Origin: Proteiniphilum sp.
Lineage (GTDB): Bacteria; Bacteroidota; Bacteroidia; Bacteroidales; Dysgonomonadaceae
NCBI RefSeq assembly: GCF_040307845.1
Contig: NZ_JAWRIS010000012.1
Coordinates: forward strand, 11,927 to 75,926
Length of the DNA stretch: 64,000 nt
Reading direction: 5' to 3'
The stretch's first letter is position 1. Each line of letters starts with the position of its first letter. The notes beneath the pieces are model-generated. The model made no database searches, was not told the origin of the DNA, and saw nothing but the letters and a program-made list of their open reading frames with translations. Position numbers and translations under genes: made by a program. Below, piece after piece: positions 29,625 to 39,758 of the stretch.

Positions 29625-30689
29625 ATGGATAAACAAAAACTAACACTACTACTCTCTTTCGTTTACTTACTCGGCACCCTGATTTCCTGTAAACCAGCCA
29701 AATCCGGACCCAAGGAAAAAGAGATGGCAGCCTACCTGCTTGTCTATTTCACCGATCCTACCCACAGCCTTTTTATGGCGTTAAGTCCCGATGGATACAC
29801 ATTTACGGATGTGAACAACGGCCATCCGGTGATTGGAGGCGACACTATCGCCACACAAAAGGGCATTCGTGATCCCCATATTACAAGAGGTCCCGACGGT
29901 GCATTCTATCTGGCAATGACCGACCTGCATATCTTTGCTCAACGAGAGGGCTATCGTACAACACAATGGGAACGCGACGGGGATCTCCACGGGTGGGGCA
30001 ATAACCGCGGTTTTGTACTGATGAAATCATACGACCTGATCAACTGGACACGTAGCAGTGTATTGGTAGAGGAACAGTTCCCGCATCTGAACGTTTCCTG
30101 CGCATGGGCGCCACAAACCATCTACGACGCAGTAGAAGGGAAGATGATGCTTTATTTTACCATGCGGCTCGATGGCGGCAAGACAAAAATGTATTACGCT
30201 TATACCGATGATGATTTTACAAAACTCGTTTCGGAACCGAAGTTAATTTTTGAGTATCCCGATCCGGAAATTCAAGTGCTGGATGCTGATATAACCGCCT
30301 TGCCTGACGGACGGTTCGTCATGACCTATGTCGCCCAGGAAGGGCCGGCAGGAATTAAGATGGCCGTTTCGGATAAAATCAACAGCGGCTATGTCTATCA
30401 ACCCGATCAGATCGATTTTGAACCGGCTTCCTGCGAAGCACCGAATGTATGGAAACGTATTGGCGAAGATAAATGGGTGTTGATGTATGATATATTCAGC
30501 ATCAATCCGCATAATTTCGGATTTGCCGAAACATCCGATTTCGTGAACTTCACTCATCTGGGACATTTTAATGAAGGGCAAATGAAAACGACCAACTTCA
30601 GTTCGCCCAAGCATGGTGCGGTGATCCAGGTTTCCAAAGAGGAAGCACAAAGGCTGGCTGCCCATTGGGATTTGCAAATAGAGTTTTGA
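29625..30689 (+). CDS. GH43-like five-bladed beta-propeller glycosidase, lipoprotein
   Basis: 354 aa. Lipobox LISC; 'AYLLVYF', 'GIRDPHITRG', 'WAPQTIYD', 'LDADI', 'CEAP', 'PKHG'. Confidence 0.82.
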   Translation: MDKQKLTLLLSFVYLLGTLISCKPAKSGPKEKEMAAYLLVYFTDPTHSLFMALSPDGYTFTDVNNGHPVIGGDTIATQKGIRDPHITRGPDGAFYLAMTDLHIFAQREGYRTTQWERDGDLHGWGNNRGFVLMKSYDLINWTRSSVLVEEQFPHLNVSCAWAPQTIYDAVEGKMMLYFTMRLDGGKTKMYYAYTDDDFTKLVSEPKLIFEYPDPEIQVLDADITALPDGRFVMTYVAQEGPAGIKMAVSDKINSGYVYQPDQIDFEPASCEAPNVWKRIGEDKWVLMYDIFSINPHNFGFAETSDFVNFTHLGHFNEGQMKTTNFSSPKHGAVIQVSKEEAQRLAAHWDLQIEF

Positions 30690-30723
30690 TAAAAATATTA
30701 ATTTAAGTTTTGCAAGTCGTATG

Positions 30724-30883
30724 ATTGCAACTAAAGCTTCCGTCTGACGATATTTTGTGCCCCATTACAGCTCTTGTTCACTAAAAGAGTAGAGCTATTT
30801 CGTTCAAACAACTACTCTTTTTACGCTCACTTCGAACTATGGGGTCCTACAAAATATATAAACGCCTTCGATTTAGCTACATA
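30724..30883. repeat. ~160-bp nested palindromic element, copy 3 (more degenerate)
   Basis: Left end TGCAACTAAAGC, right end GATTTAGCTACA (9/12 complementary). Same internal ATATTTTGTG, AAAAGAGTAG..CTACTCTTTT and ACAAAATAT blocks. Confidence 0.85.
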
Positions 30884-30938
30884 CATTTCAATTTAAATGC
30901 AAAACTTGAGATATCAACTATAACAATAGAAAAACAGG

Positions 30939-33900
30939 ATGAATAGAAAAAAGCTCAACTGGATACTACTTTGTTTTATCTGCTTCTCTTTTGCGAATGC
31001 TCAGATAAATCCGCAGATAGAATATTTCAGGTTACAGGATGTAAGACTTTTGGAAAGTCCTTTCAGGCAAGCAGAAGAATTAAATAAGCAATACTTGCTG
31101 GAGATGGATGCAGACCGTCTCCTGGCACCTTTTCAGAGGGAGGCCGGCCTGCCCCAGAAAGCCGAGAGCTATACCAACTGGGAAAATACCGGACTCGACG
31201 GACATATCGGAGGGCATTACCTTTCGGGATTGTCGTTGATGTATGCGTCTACCGGAGACGAACAGATCAAAAGCAGATTGGATTACATGATCGCTGCACT
31301 AAAACGGTGCCAGGACGCCAACGGTAACGGATATATCGGTGGCGTGCCCGGTGGAAAAGCGATATGGGAAGAAGTCGCTTCCGGAAATATCCGTGCCGGC
31401 GGTTTCGACCTGAACGGGAAATGGGTGCCGCTATACAATATCCACAAGACCTACGCCGGATTGAGGGATGCATGGCTGATCGCCGGAAATGAAGAGGCAA
31501 AGGAGATGCTGATAAAAATGACTGATTGGGCAATCAAACTTGTTTCCAACTTATCGGAAGAGCAATTACAGGATATGCTTCGCAGCGAACACGGCGGATT
31601 GAACGAAACCTTTGCCGATGTGGCAGCCATTACGGGTGATAAAAAATACCTCGAACTGGCACACAAATTCTCCCACCAACTGATACTGGAACCGTTGCTC
31701 CATCATCAGGACAAACTGACCGGGATGCACGCCAATACCCAGATACCAAAGGTATTGGGCTTCAAGCGCATTGCAGACCTCGAAGGCAACGAATCGTGGG
31801 AAGAGGCAGCCCGTTTCTTCTGGGAAACGGTGGTGGAAAACCGGTCGGTATCGATCGGGGGAAACAGCGTTTCCGAACATTTCAACCCGGTAGACGATTT
31901 TTCACGGATGATCAGCAGCATCGAAGGTCCTGAAACCTGCAACACCTATAACATGTTGCGGTTGACTAAAATGTTGTATCAGACCTCGAAAGACAAGAAA
32001 TATGTGGACTATTACGAACGTGCTCTTTACAATCATATCCTCTCTACCCAACATCCACATACGGGCGGTTATGTCTATTTCACGCAGATGCGCCCCGGAC
32101 ATTACAGAGTCTATTCACAGCCGCATACCAGTATGTGGTGCTGTGTGGGATCGGGGATGGAAAATCACTCGAAATATGGTGAGATGATCTACGCTCGTGC
32201 GGACAACGAACTGTATGTCAATCTTTTTATTCCATCCTCATTACAGTGGGAACAGCAGGATACGGAGATCATTCAGGAAAATAACTTTCCCTATGAAGCC
32301 TCTACCGAGATTACCGTGAATCCCCGCAAACGGAAGCAGTTTACACTGTTATTACGTTATCCTGAATGGGTAAATGAAGGAAGTGTAAAAATTAAAGTGA
32401 ACGGGAAGTCATATCCCGTAGAGAATAAAAATGGATATATTCCTGTCGACAGAAAATGGAAAAAAGGCGATAAAGTGGTGATGGAGATGCCCATGGCGCT
32501 GAAAGCTGAACAACTACCGGACGGATCCGGCTACTATTCGTTCCTGTATGGTCCGATAGTACTTGCTGCAAAAGCCGGCACTGAAGACCTGGCAGGTTTG
32601 TTCGCCGATGACAGCAGAGGCGGCCATATCGCACACGGAAAACAGATTCCGATGAAAAATATGCCACTGTTAGTGGGAGAGCCCGATAAGTTGACCTCTT
32701 ACCTCTCTCCTGTGCCCGGTAAGCCGCTGACCTTCCATTTGAGTAACCTTTACCCGGAACAGTACGCAAAGGGTATGGAGCTGGTTCCCTTCTTCAGCCT
32801 GCATGAGTCCCGCTATATCGTGTACTGGCCGCAGGCCACCGAAGAAGAAGCGGAGAATATCCGGCTTAAGCAGGAAAAGCAGGAAGCCGAACGATTGAAA
32901 CTGGATGCGGTAACGATAGACAGAGTAGTATGCGGGGAACAGCAACCCGAATCGGATCATTTTATCGCATCTGAGAATTCTGGAGCGGGCGTTTTTGAAG
33001 ATACCCGCTGGCGTGAAGCAAACGGATGGTTCAGTTATAAACTGAAAAACAACGATCGGAAAGCCCGTCACCTCTATGTGGCATATTTCGACAAGGATCG
33101 TTCCCGTAATTTTGAGATACTTGTCAATGATGTACGGATAAAAGGTCTTTCATTCACGGGAAATAAGGGAGATGAGGTACAGAAGTTGATTATTCCCATT
33201 CCGGAGAGTATTTCCCAAAGTGAGACCCTTACGGTAAAATTCCTGGCAATGCCGGAAAGCATGACCGGAAAGATAGCAGAGGTCCGTGCACTCTCTCAAT
33301 CTGTCGGAGAGCCTGAATATGTTGCCTATCTGTTTGCCTATTTTACCGGTAACAGGGTGGAAGAAGAAGCCGTGAGGTATGCCGTCAGCAGCAATGGCTA
33401 TAATTATTATACGCTGAACAACAACCAACCGGTGATCGACTCGAAAAAGATCAGTTCAACCGGAGGCGTGCGTGATCCCCATATCTTGCGGGGGGAAGAC
33501 GGCAAGACTTTTTATATGGTGCTGACCGATATGACTTCCTCCAAAGGGTGGGACTCCAATCGTGCGATGGTACTGCTCAAGTCGTCCGACCTGATCAACT
33601 GGACATCAAACATCGTCAATATTCAGAAAAAGTACGAAGGACAGGAGGAGCTGAAACGGGTATGGGCACCACAAACCATCTACGATCCCGAAGCCGGGAA
33701 ATACATGGTATACTGGTCGATGAAACACGGCGACGGAACCGATATCATTTACTATGCCTATGCCAATGACGATTTCACGGACCTGGAGGGAGAACCCCGG
33801 CCGCTGTTCCTGCCTGAGAACGGGAAGTCGTGTATCGATGGGGATATCGTGCTGAAAGACGGAATGTTCTATATGTTCTACAAGACCGAAGGGCATGGCA

Positions 33901-34211
33901 ATGGTATCAAGCTGGCGACTACCCGTTCACTTACCTCCGGGCAATGGACAGAATATGACGATTATAAGCAGCAGACGCCGGAAGCGGTGGAAGGATCGAG
34001 CGTATTCAAACTGATCGGTTCCGACAAATATATATTGATGTACGACGTCTATATGAAAGGAACCTACCAGTTCACCGAGAGTACCGACCTGGTGAATTTC
34101 CGGGTGATCGATCATGAGATATCCATGGACTTCCATCCCCGGCATGGATCGGTTATCCCTATCACACAAAAAGAACTGGATGCCCTGATTGCAAAATATT
34201 TAAACAAATGA
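30939..34211 (+). CDS. GH127/GH146 beta-L-arabinofuranosidase fused to a C-terminal GH43-like domain
   Basis: 1090 aa. 'GHIGGHYLS', 'HANTQIPK', Zn/catalytic 'GPETCNTYNM' and 'MWCCVGSG'. From about aa 790: 'YVAYLFAYF...GVRDPHILRG...WAPQTIYD...IDGDI...EG...PRHG'. Confidence 0.88.
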   Translation: MNRKKLNWILLCFICFSFANAQINPQIEYFRLQDVRLLESPFRQAEELNKQYLLEMDADRLLAPFQREAGLPQKAESYTNWENTGLDGHIGGHYLSGLSLMYASTGDEQIKSRLDYMIAALKRCQDANGNGYIGGVPGGKAIWEEVASGNIRAGGFDLNGKWVPLYNIHKTYAGLRDAWLIAGNEEAKEMLIKMTDWAIKLVSNLSEEQLQDMLRSEHGGLNETFADVAAITGDKKYLELAHKFSHQLILEPLLHHQDKLTGMHANTQIPKVLGFKRIADLEGNESWEEAARFFWETVVENRSVSIGGNSVSEHFNPVDDFSRMISSIEGPETCNTYNMLRLTKMLYQTSKDKKYVDYYERALYNHILSTQHPHTGGYVYFTQMRPGHYRVYSQPHTSMWCCVGSGMENHSKYGEMIYARADNELYVNLFIPSSLQWEQQDTEIIQENNFPYEASTEITVNPRKRKQFTLLLRYPEWVNEGSVKIKVNGKSYPVENKNGYIPVDRKWKKGDKVVMEMPMALKAEQLPDGSGYYSFLYGPIVLAAKAGTEDLAGLFADDSRGGHIAHGKQIPMKNMPLLVGEPDKLTSYLSPVPGKPLTFHLSNLYPEQYAKGMELVPFFSLHESRYIVYWPQATEEEAENIRLKQEKQEAERLKLDAVTIDRVVCGEQQPESDHFIASENSGAGVFEDTRWREANGWFSYKLKNNDRKARHLYVAYFDKDRSRNFEILVNDVRIKGLSFTGNKGDEVQKLIIPIPESISQSETLTVKFLAMPESMTGKIAEVRALSQSVGEPEYVAYLFAYFTGNRVEEEAVRYAVSSNGYNYYTLNNNQPVIDSKKISSTGGVRDPHILRGEDGKTFYMVLTDMTSSKGWDSNRAMVLLKSSDLINWTSNIVNIQKKYEGQEELKRVWAPQTIYDPEAGKYMVYWSMKHGDGTDIIYYAYANDDFTDLEGEPRPLFLPENGKSCIDGDIVLKDGMFYMFYKTEGHGNGIKLATTRSLTSGQWTEYDDYKQQTPEAVEGSSVFKLIGSDKYILMYDVYMKGTYQFTESTDLVNFRVIDHEISMDFHPRHGSVIPITQKELDALIAKYLNK

Positions 34212-36553
34212 ATAAAATCCCACTAATTCTCATCGGCCTACTGGCCATATTGACAAGCAGTTGTAATAACAACGCGAAGGGGACGTTCGAAGCAGGACAG
34301 AACACCTTCCTCCTGAACGGTGAACCTTTCGTGGTAAAAGCGGCGGAACTCCATTATCCGCGTATTCCCCGTGAATATTGGGAACATCGTATCCAAATGA
34401 CCAAGGCGTTAGGGATGAATACGATCTGCCTTTATATCTTCTGGAATATCCATGAACAGGAAGAAGGGCAATTCGATTTCTCCGGGAATAATGATGTGGC
34501 TGCTTTCTGCCGGCTGGCCCGGAAACACGGGATGTATGTGATCGTACGTCCGGGTCCCTATGTCTGTGCCGAATGGGAGATGGGCGGACTACCCTGGTGG
34601 TTATTGAAAAAAAACGATATCAAGCTTAGAGATAACGATCCTTACTTTCTGGAGCGCACCCGGATGTTTATGAAGGAAGTCAGCAAACAACTGGCGGATC
34701 AGCAAATCACAAGAGGTGGCAACATTATCATGTTCCAGGTAGAAAATGAATACGGCGCATATGGTACCAACAAGGAGTACGTAGCCAATATCCGCGATAT
34801 TGTGAAAGAGGCAGGATTGGATGAAGTGCCTCTTTTCCAGTGTGACTGGAATTCCAACTTCGAGAATAATGCGCTCGACGACCTGCTATGGACGATCAAT
34901 TTTGGTACCGGAGCAAATATCGAAAAACAGTTTAGTCGTTTGAAAGAATTGCGTCCCGAAAGTCCGTTGATGTGCAGCGAATTCTGGTCCGGCTGGTTCG
35001 ACCATTGGGGCGCCAAGCACGAAACGCGTAGCGCACAAGCGCTGGTGGCGGGATTGAAGGAAATGTTGGATCAGAATATTTCATTCAGCCTGTACATGAC
35101 GCACGGCGGAACCAGTTTCGGACACTGGGGCGGCGCCAATTTCCCCAATTTCTCGCCTACCACTACTTCCTATGACTATGACGCACCCATCAACGAACAG
35201 GGCAGGGCGACACCGAAATATTACGAAGTACGCAAGTTACTGGAACAGTATCTTCCCGAGGGAGAACAGTTGCCTCCCGTTCCGGATTCGATACCGACCA
35301 TCTCAATCCCCGAATTCCAATTGACAGAAAACGCTGTTTTGTTCGATAATCTTCCGGAGCCGGTATTGAGTGAAGATGTAAGGTCGATGGAGTATTTCAA
35401 CCAGGGATGGGGAAGTATCCTTTACCGCACCCAACTGAAAGAATCAGCGGTGCGCCAGACATTGGTCATCACGGAAGCTCACGACTGGACACAGGTCTTT
35501 CTCAACGGTGAGCGCATCGCCACACTCAGCCGGTTGAAAGGAGAAGGAACCGCCGTATTGCCGCCCGTAAAAGAAGGTGATGTACTCGATATTCTTGTGG
35601 AAGCGATGGGACGCATGAACTTCGGCAAGGGGATATACGACTGGAAAGGAATCACCGAAAAGGTGGAGCTTATTACTGAAAACGGGGCAACCGAATTGAA
35701 AGGATGGGAAGTATACAACATCCCGGTGGATTATGCTTTTGCAAAAAGCAAAACTTTTCGGGAAGAACCCAACAGTGCCGGACATCCCGCCTATTATCGT
35801 GCCACTTTCACGCTGGATAAAACCGGTGATACTTTCCTTGATATGACCAACTGGAATAAAGGAATGGTCTGGGTGAACGGCCATGCTATCGGACGTTACT
35901 GGCATATCGGTCCCCAGCAGGCGTTGTATGTGCCGGGGTGTTGGCTGAAGAAAGGGGAGAACGAGGTAATCGTGTTGGACATGGCCTCTCCGGAAAAAGC
36001 GACGCTGGCCGGGTTGTGTGAACCTATCCTTGACCAACTCTCACTACAAGGCTCCGCCTATGCGCACCGGAAAGCGGGAGAAGAGTTGAATCTCACCGGT
36101 GAGCAGCCCTACTATACCGGTTCGTTTAAACCCGGGAACGGGTGGCAACATGTGAAATTCGGGAAACAGGAGCCAATCCGTTATTTCTGCCTTGAATCGC
36201 TCAATTCACACGGAGGAGACAACTACGCCGCCATCGCGGAGCTGGAACTGCTGGGAGAAGACGGGAAACCTGTTTCCCGCCAGCACTGGAAAGTGGTGTA
36301 TGCGGACAGCGAAGAGACCAATGAGGCCAATAATATCGCATCCAACGTATTCGATCTTCAGGAATCAACCATCTGGCATACCGATTATTCCTCCCTTAAT
36401 CCCGACCATCCTCACCATATCGTCATCGACCTGGGTGAAGACAAAGTCATCAGCGGATTTTCATACCTGCCCCGCCCTGAATCGGGAAAACCGGGTATGA
36501 TCAAGGATTACAAAGTATATGTGAAGAAAACACCTTTTACATTAACTCAATAA
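34208..36553 (+). CDS. GH35 beta-galactosidase with C-terminal F5/8 (CBM32-like) domain
   Basis: 781 aa. 'AELHYPRIP', 'RPGPYVCAEWEMGGLP', 'QVENEYG', 'SEFWSGWFDHWG', 'YMTHGGTSFG', 'TSYDYDAP'. Confidence 0.92.
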   Translation: MNKIPLILIGLLAILTSSCNNNAKGTFEAGQNTFLLNGEPFVVKAAELHYPRIPREYWEHRIQMTKALGMNTICLYIFWNIHEQEEGQFDFSGNNDVAAFCRLARKHGMYVIVRPGPYVCAEWEMGGLPWWLLKKNDIKLRDNDPYFLERTRMFMKEVSKQLADQQITRGGNIIMFQVENEYGAYGTNKEYVANIRDIVKEAGLDEVPLFQCDWNSNFENNALDDLLWTINFGTGANIEKQFSRLKELRPESPLMCSEFWSGWFDHWGAKHETRSAQALVAGLKEMLDQNISFSLYMTHGGTSFGHWGGANFPNFSPTTTSYDYDAPINEQGRATPKYYEVRKLLEQYLPEGEQLPPVPDSIPTISIPEFQLTENAVLFDNLPEPVLSEDVRSMEYFNQGWGSILYRTQLKESAVRQTLVITEAHDWTQVFLNGERIATLSRLKGEGTAVLPPVKEGDVLDILVEAMGRMNFGKGIYDWKGITEKVELITENGATELKGWEVYNIPVDYAFAKSKTFREEPNSAGHPAYYRATFTLDKTGDTFLDMTNWNKGMVWVNGHAIGRYWHIGPQQALYVPGCWLKKGENEVIVLDMASPEKATLAGLCEPILDQLSLQGSAYAHRKAGEELNLTGEQPYYTGSFKPGNGWQHVKFGKQEPIRYFCLESLNSHGGDNYAAIAELELLGEDGKPVSRQHWKVVYADSEETNEANNIASNVFDLQESTIWHTDYSSLNPDHPHHIVIDLGEDKVISGFSYLPRPESGKPGMIKDYKVYVKKTPFTLTQ

Positions 36554-36554
36554 C

Positions 36555-38525
36555 ATGTTGAATATGAAGAAACATTTGTTCATCGTTCTTTTATCGTGCA
36601 TATATATCGGTAGTATATCCGCACAACAAACTATCGATTTGGTTATCAATACAAAGAAACCGGGTGCGGAGATACAGCCCACCATGTATGGGTTATTCTT
36701 CGAGGATATCAACTTCGGGGCCGATGGCGGATTGTATGCCGAACTGGTCAAGAACCGTTCTTTCGAATTTCCCCAATCATTGATGGGGTGGAACACTTTC
36801 GGCCAGGTGGAAGTACGTACCGACGACGCTCCCTTTGAGCGTAATCCTCATTATGTGCGGCTGAACAATTCCGGACACGGCCATAAACATACCGGACTGG
36901 AAAACGAGGGATTCCGCGGGATCGGTGTAAAGAAAGAGGCTACCTACCGTTTCTCAGTCTGGGCACGCTCCGGAAACACTGCCGGACAAAAGATCAGGAT
37001 CGAATTGATCGATGCGAACAACGATCCCTTTGAACGGAAAGAGGTGGCGATCGACTCCAAGGAATGGAAGAAGTACGAAGTGATACTGACATCACCAAAG
37101 GAAGAAGCGAAGGCCTCGCTGCGCATCTTCCTTGCATCCGAAGGACCGGTCGATCTGGAACATATCTCCCTTTTCCCTACCGATACATGGAAGAGCCGGG
37201 AGAATGGCCTGCGCAAGGATTTAGTGGAAGCGCTCAATGAACTGAATCCCGGCTTGTTCCGTTTCCCCGGTGGATGTATCGTGGAAGGAACCGACCTGGA
37301 AACACGCTACGACTGGAAAAAATCTGTCGGCCCGGTGGAGAACCGTCCGTTGAACGAAAACCGCTGGCACTATACCTTTGCCCACCGGTTATTTCCCGAT
37401 TATTTCCAGACTTATGGAATGGGATTTTATGAGTTGTTCCTGCTCTCCGAAGACATGGGAGCCGAACCGCTGCCGGTAGTGAACGTGGGATTATCCTGCC
37501 AGTACCAGAACGAAGGAGAACATTGCCATGTACCGGTAGGAGAATTGCAGGATTATATCCAGGATGCGTTGGATCTTATCGAATTTGCCAATGGATCCAC
37601 TTCCACTACATGGGGTAAGGTAAGGGCGGAAATGGGTCATCCGGAACCCTTCAACCTGAAATTTATCGGCGTGGGCAATGAGCAGTGGGGACCTGAATAT
37701 CCAGCCCGGTTGGAGAAATTCATCGATGCCATCCGTGGCCAATATCCCGGAATAAAGATCATCGGAAGTTCGGGCCCGCAAGCCGAAGGCGAGGACTTCG
37801 ATTATCTGTGGCCCGAGATGAAGCGATTGAAAGTCGATTTGGTAGACGAACACTATTACCGCTCACCGGAATGGTTCCTGAAACAAGCCACACGCTATGA
37901 CTCTTACGACCGTAAAGGACCGAAAGTATTCGCCGGTGAGTATGCCTGTCATCCTCAGAACAGGAAGAACAATTTCGAATCAGCTCTGTGCGAGTCGGCC
38001 TTTATGACAGGATTGGAACGCAATGCCGATATTGTACACATGGCTACTTACGCTCCTCTGTTGGCGCATGTGGATGCATGGCAGTGGCGTCCCGACCTGA
38101 TCTGGTTCGACAACCTGCGTTGTGTACGCACGCCCAATTACTATGTCCAGAAACTATACGCCCACCATGCAGGCACAAATGTGTTGCCTCTTACGTGGGA
38201 CAAAAAAGCCGTTACCGGACAGGACGGGTTATATGCTTCCGCCGTGATCGATACCGGCAAGAAAGAGATCATTGTGAAGGTAAGCAACGTCTCCAAAGAG
38301 AATAAAGATATCCGGATCAGCCTGGAGGGCCTGAACCGCAAGATGAAGATACAACCGGAAGCACAGACCATCCTGCTGAAAGGGGAAGCAGATATGGAGA
38401 ACACATTGGATAATCCCGATTCCATTGCTCCTGTCAGTTCCTCCGTTCCTCTCAATGGGACGGTATTGCAAACGACAGCACAACCCGGTTCATTCAATGT
38501 GTACAGGATTTTCTATACAAACTAA
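36555..38525 (+). CDS. GH51 alpha-L-arabinofuranosidase
   Basis: 656 aa (start may be 36564). 'GLFFEDINFGADGGLYAELVKNRSFE', 'RFPGGC', 'IGVGNEQWG', 'DEHYY', 'FAGEYA'. Confidence 0.9.
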   Translation: MLNMKKHLFIVLLSCIYIGSISAQQTIDLVINTKKPGAEIQPTMYGLFFEDINFGADGGLYAELVKNRSFEFPQSLMGWNTFGQVEVRTDDAPFERNPHYVRLNNSGHGHKHTGLENEGFRGIGVKKEATYRFSVWARSGNTAGQKIRIELIDANNDPFERKEVAIDSKEWKKYEVILTSPKEEAKASLRIFLASEGPVDLEHISLFPTDTWKSRENGLRKDLVEALNELNPGLFRFPGGCIVEGTDLETRYDWKKSVGPVENRPLNENRWHYTFAHRLFPDYFQTYGMGFYELFLLSEDMGAEPLPVVNVGLSCQYQNEGEHCHVPVGELQDYIQDALDLIEFANGSTSTTWGKVRAEMGHPEPFNLKFIGVGNEQWGPEYPARLEKFIDAIRGQYPGIKIIGSSGPQAEGEDFDYLWPEMKRLKVDLVDEHYYRSPEWFLKQATRYDSYDRKGPKVFAGEYACHPQNRKNNFESALCESAFMTGLERNADIVHMATYAPLLAHVDAWQWRPDLIWFDNLRCVRTPNYYVQKLYAHHAGTNVLPLTWDKKAVTGQDGLYASAVIDTGKKEIIVKVSNVSKENKDIRISLEGLNRKMKIQPEAQTILLKGEADMENTLDNPDSIAPVSSSVPLNGTVLQTTAQPGSFNVYRIFYTN

Positions 38526-38528
38526 GCT

Positions 38529-39749
38529 CTACCACTTCTTATCCAGATTCCGTTTCAATGCCTGCAGGAATTCCGGGGTAGTGAGGTAGGTATTGCGTGA
38601 CGCGTCATTGCCGTAGACAAGGAGTGCCAGGTCTTTGGTCATTTCACCGCCTTCCACAATCTCGATACACACCTGTTCCAACGTCTCACAGAAGTCGATA
38701 AGCGGTTGATTGCCATCGAGCCTGCCCCGATGCGCCAATCCCCGTGTCCAGGCAAAGATAGAAGCGATGGGATTGGTACTGGTCTCCTTACCCTGCTGAT
38801 GCTGGCGGTAGTGGCGTGTCACGGTACCGTGCGCCGCCTCGGCTTCCACCGTCTTGCCGTCGGGAGTGACCAATACCGACGACATCATTCCCAGCGAGCC
38901 GAAGCCCTGCGCCACCGTATCCGATTGTACATCGCCATCGTAATTCTTGCACGCCCATACAAATCCGCCGCTCCACTTCATGGCCGAAGCCACCATATCG
39001 TCAATCAGGCGATGTTCATAAGTGATGCCGGCCTTCTCAAATTCGGCCTTGAATTCATTCTCATACACCTCCTGGAAAATATCCTTAAACCGTCCGTCAT
39101 AGGCTTTCAGGATCGTATTCTTGGTAGACATGTAGAGCGGGTATTTTTTTGTCAGCGCCATCTGGAAAGAGGAACGGGCAAAGCCGTAGATAGACTCGTC
39201 GGTATTGTACATCGCCATCGCGACCCCGTCACCCTTGAAATCATATACTTCCCAACTCTGTGTTTCACCTTTTTCATTGGTAAAGGTCAGCCGGAGTGTA
39301 CCTTTTCCCCTGATCACCTTATCGGTGGCACGATACTGGTCTCCGAAGGCATGACGACCGATGATGATGGGTTCGGTCCATCCCTGTACATAACGGGGAA
39401 TATTGCTGCAAATGATCGGTTCCCGGAATACGGTCCCTCCCACTATATTACGGATGGTGCCGTTGGGCGATTTCCACATCTGCTTCAAGCCGAATTCCTT
39501 CACACGAGCCTCATCCGGTGTGATGGTAGCACACTTTATACCTACATTGTATTTTTTGATGGCCTCGGCTGCTTCTACCGTCACCTGGTCATCCGTCGCG
39601 TCGCGATGCTGTATGCTGAGGTCATAATATTTGATATCCAGGTCGAGATAGGGTAAGATCAGTTGCTCCTTGATAAAGGACCAGATGATACGGGTCATTT
39701 CATCGCCATCCAACTCAACGACAGGATTGTTTACTTTTATCTTTTGCAT
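38529..39749 (-). CDS. icd: Isocitrate dehydrogenase, NADP-dependent, type II (eukaryote-like)
   Basis: 406 aa. '[10 protein letters not shown]', '[12 protein letters not shown]', '[11 protein letters not shown]', '[12 protein letters not shown]'. Confidence 0.95.
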   Translation of the reverse strand: MQKIKVNNPVVELDGDEMTRIIWSFIKEQLILPYLDLDIKYYDLSIQHRDATDDQVTVEAAEAIKKYNVGIKCATITPDEARVKEFGLKQMWKSPNGTIRNIVGGTVFREPIICSNIPRYVQGWTEPIIIGRHAFGDQYRATDKVIRGKGTLRLTFTNEKGETQSWEVYDFKGDGVAMAMYNTDESIYGFARSSFQMALTKKYPLYMSTKNTILKAYDGRFKDIFQEVYENEFKAEFEKAGITYEHRLIDDMVASAMKWSGGFVWACKNYDGDVQSDTVAQGFGSLGMMSSVLVTPDGKTVEAEAAHGTVTRHYRQHQQGKETSTNPIASIFAWTRGLAHRGRLDGNQPLIDFCETLEQVCIEIVEGGEMTKDLALLVYGNDASRNTYLTTPEFLQALKRNLDKKW

Positions 39750-39758
39750 GTAACAGGA

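Noticed and set aside
20671-30883. Repeats as a CRISPR array or tRNA/riboswitch
   Set aside because: Copies are 4-6 kb apart, ~160 bp long, with no repeat-spacer periodicity, no cas genes and no cloverleaf or known aptamer features.
38706-39656. 316-aa plus-strand ORF
   Set aside because: Antisense shadow of the conserved IDH; no recognisable motifs.
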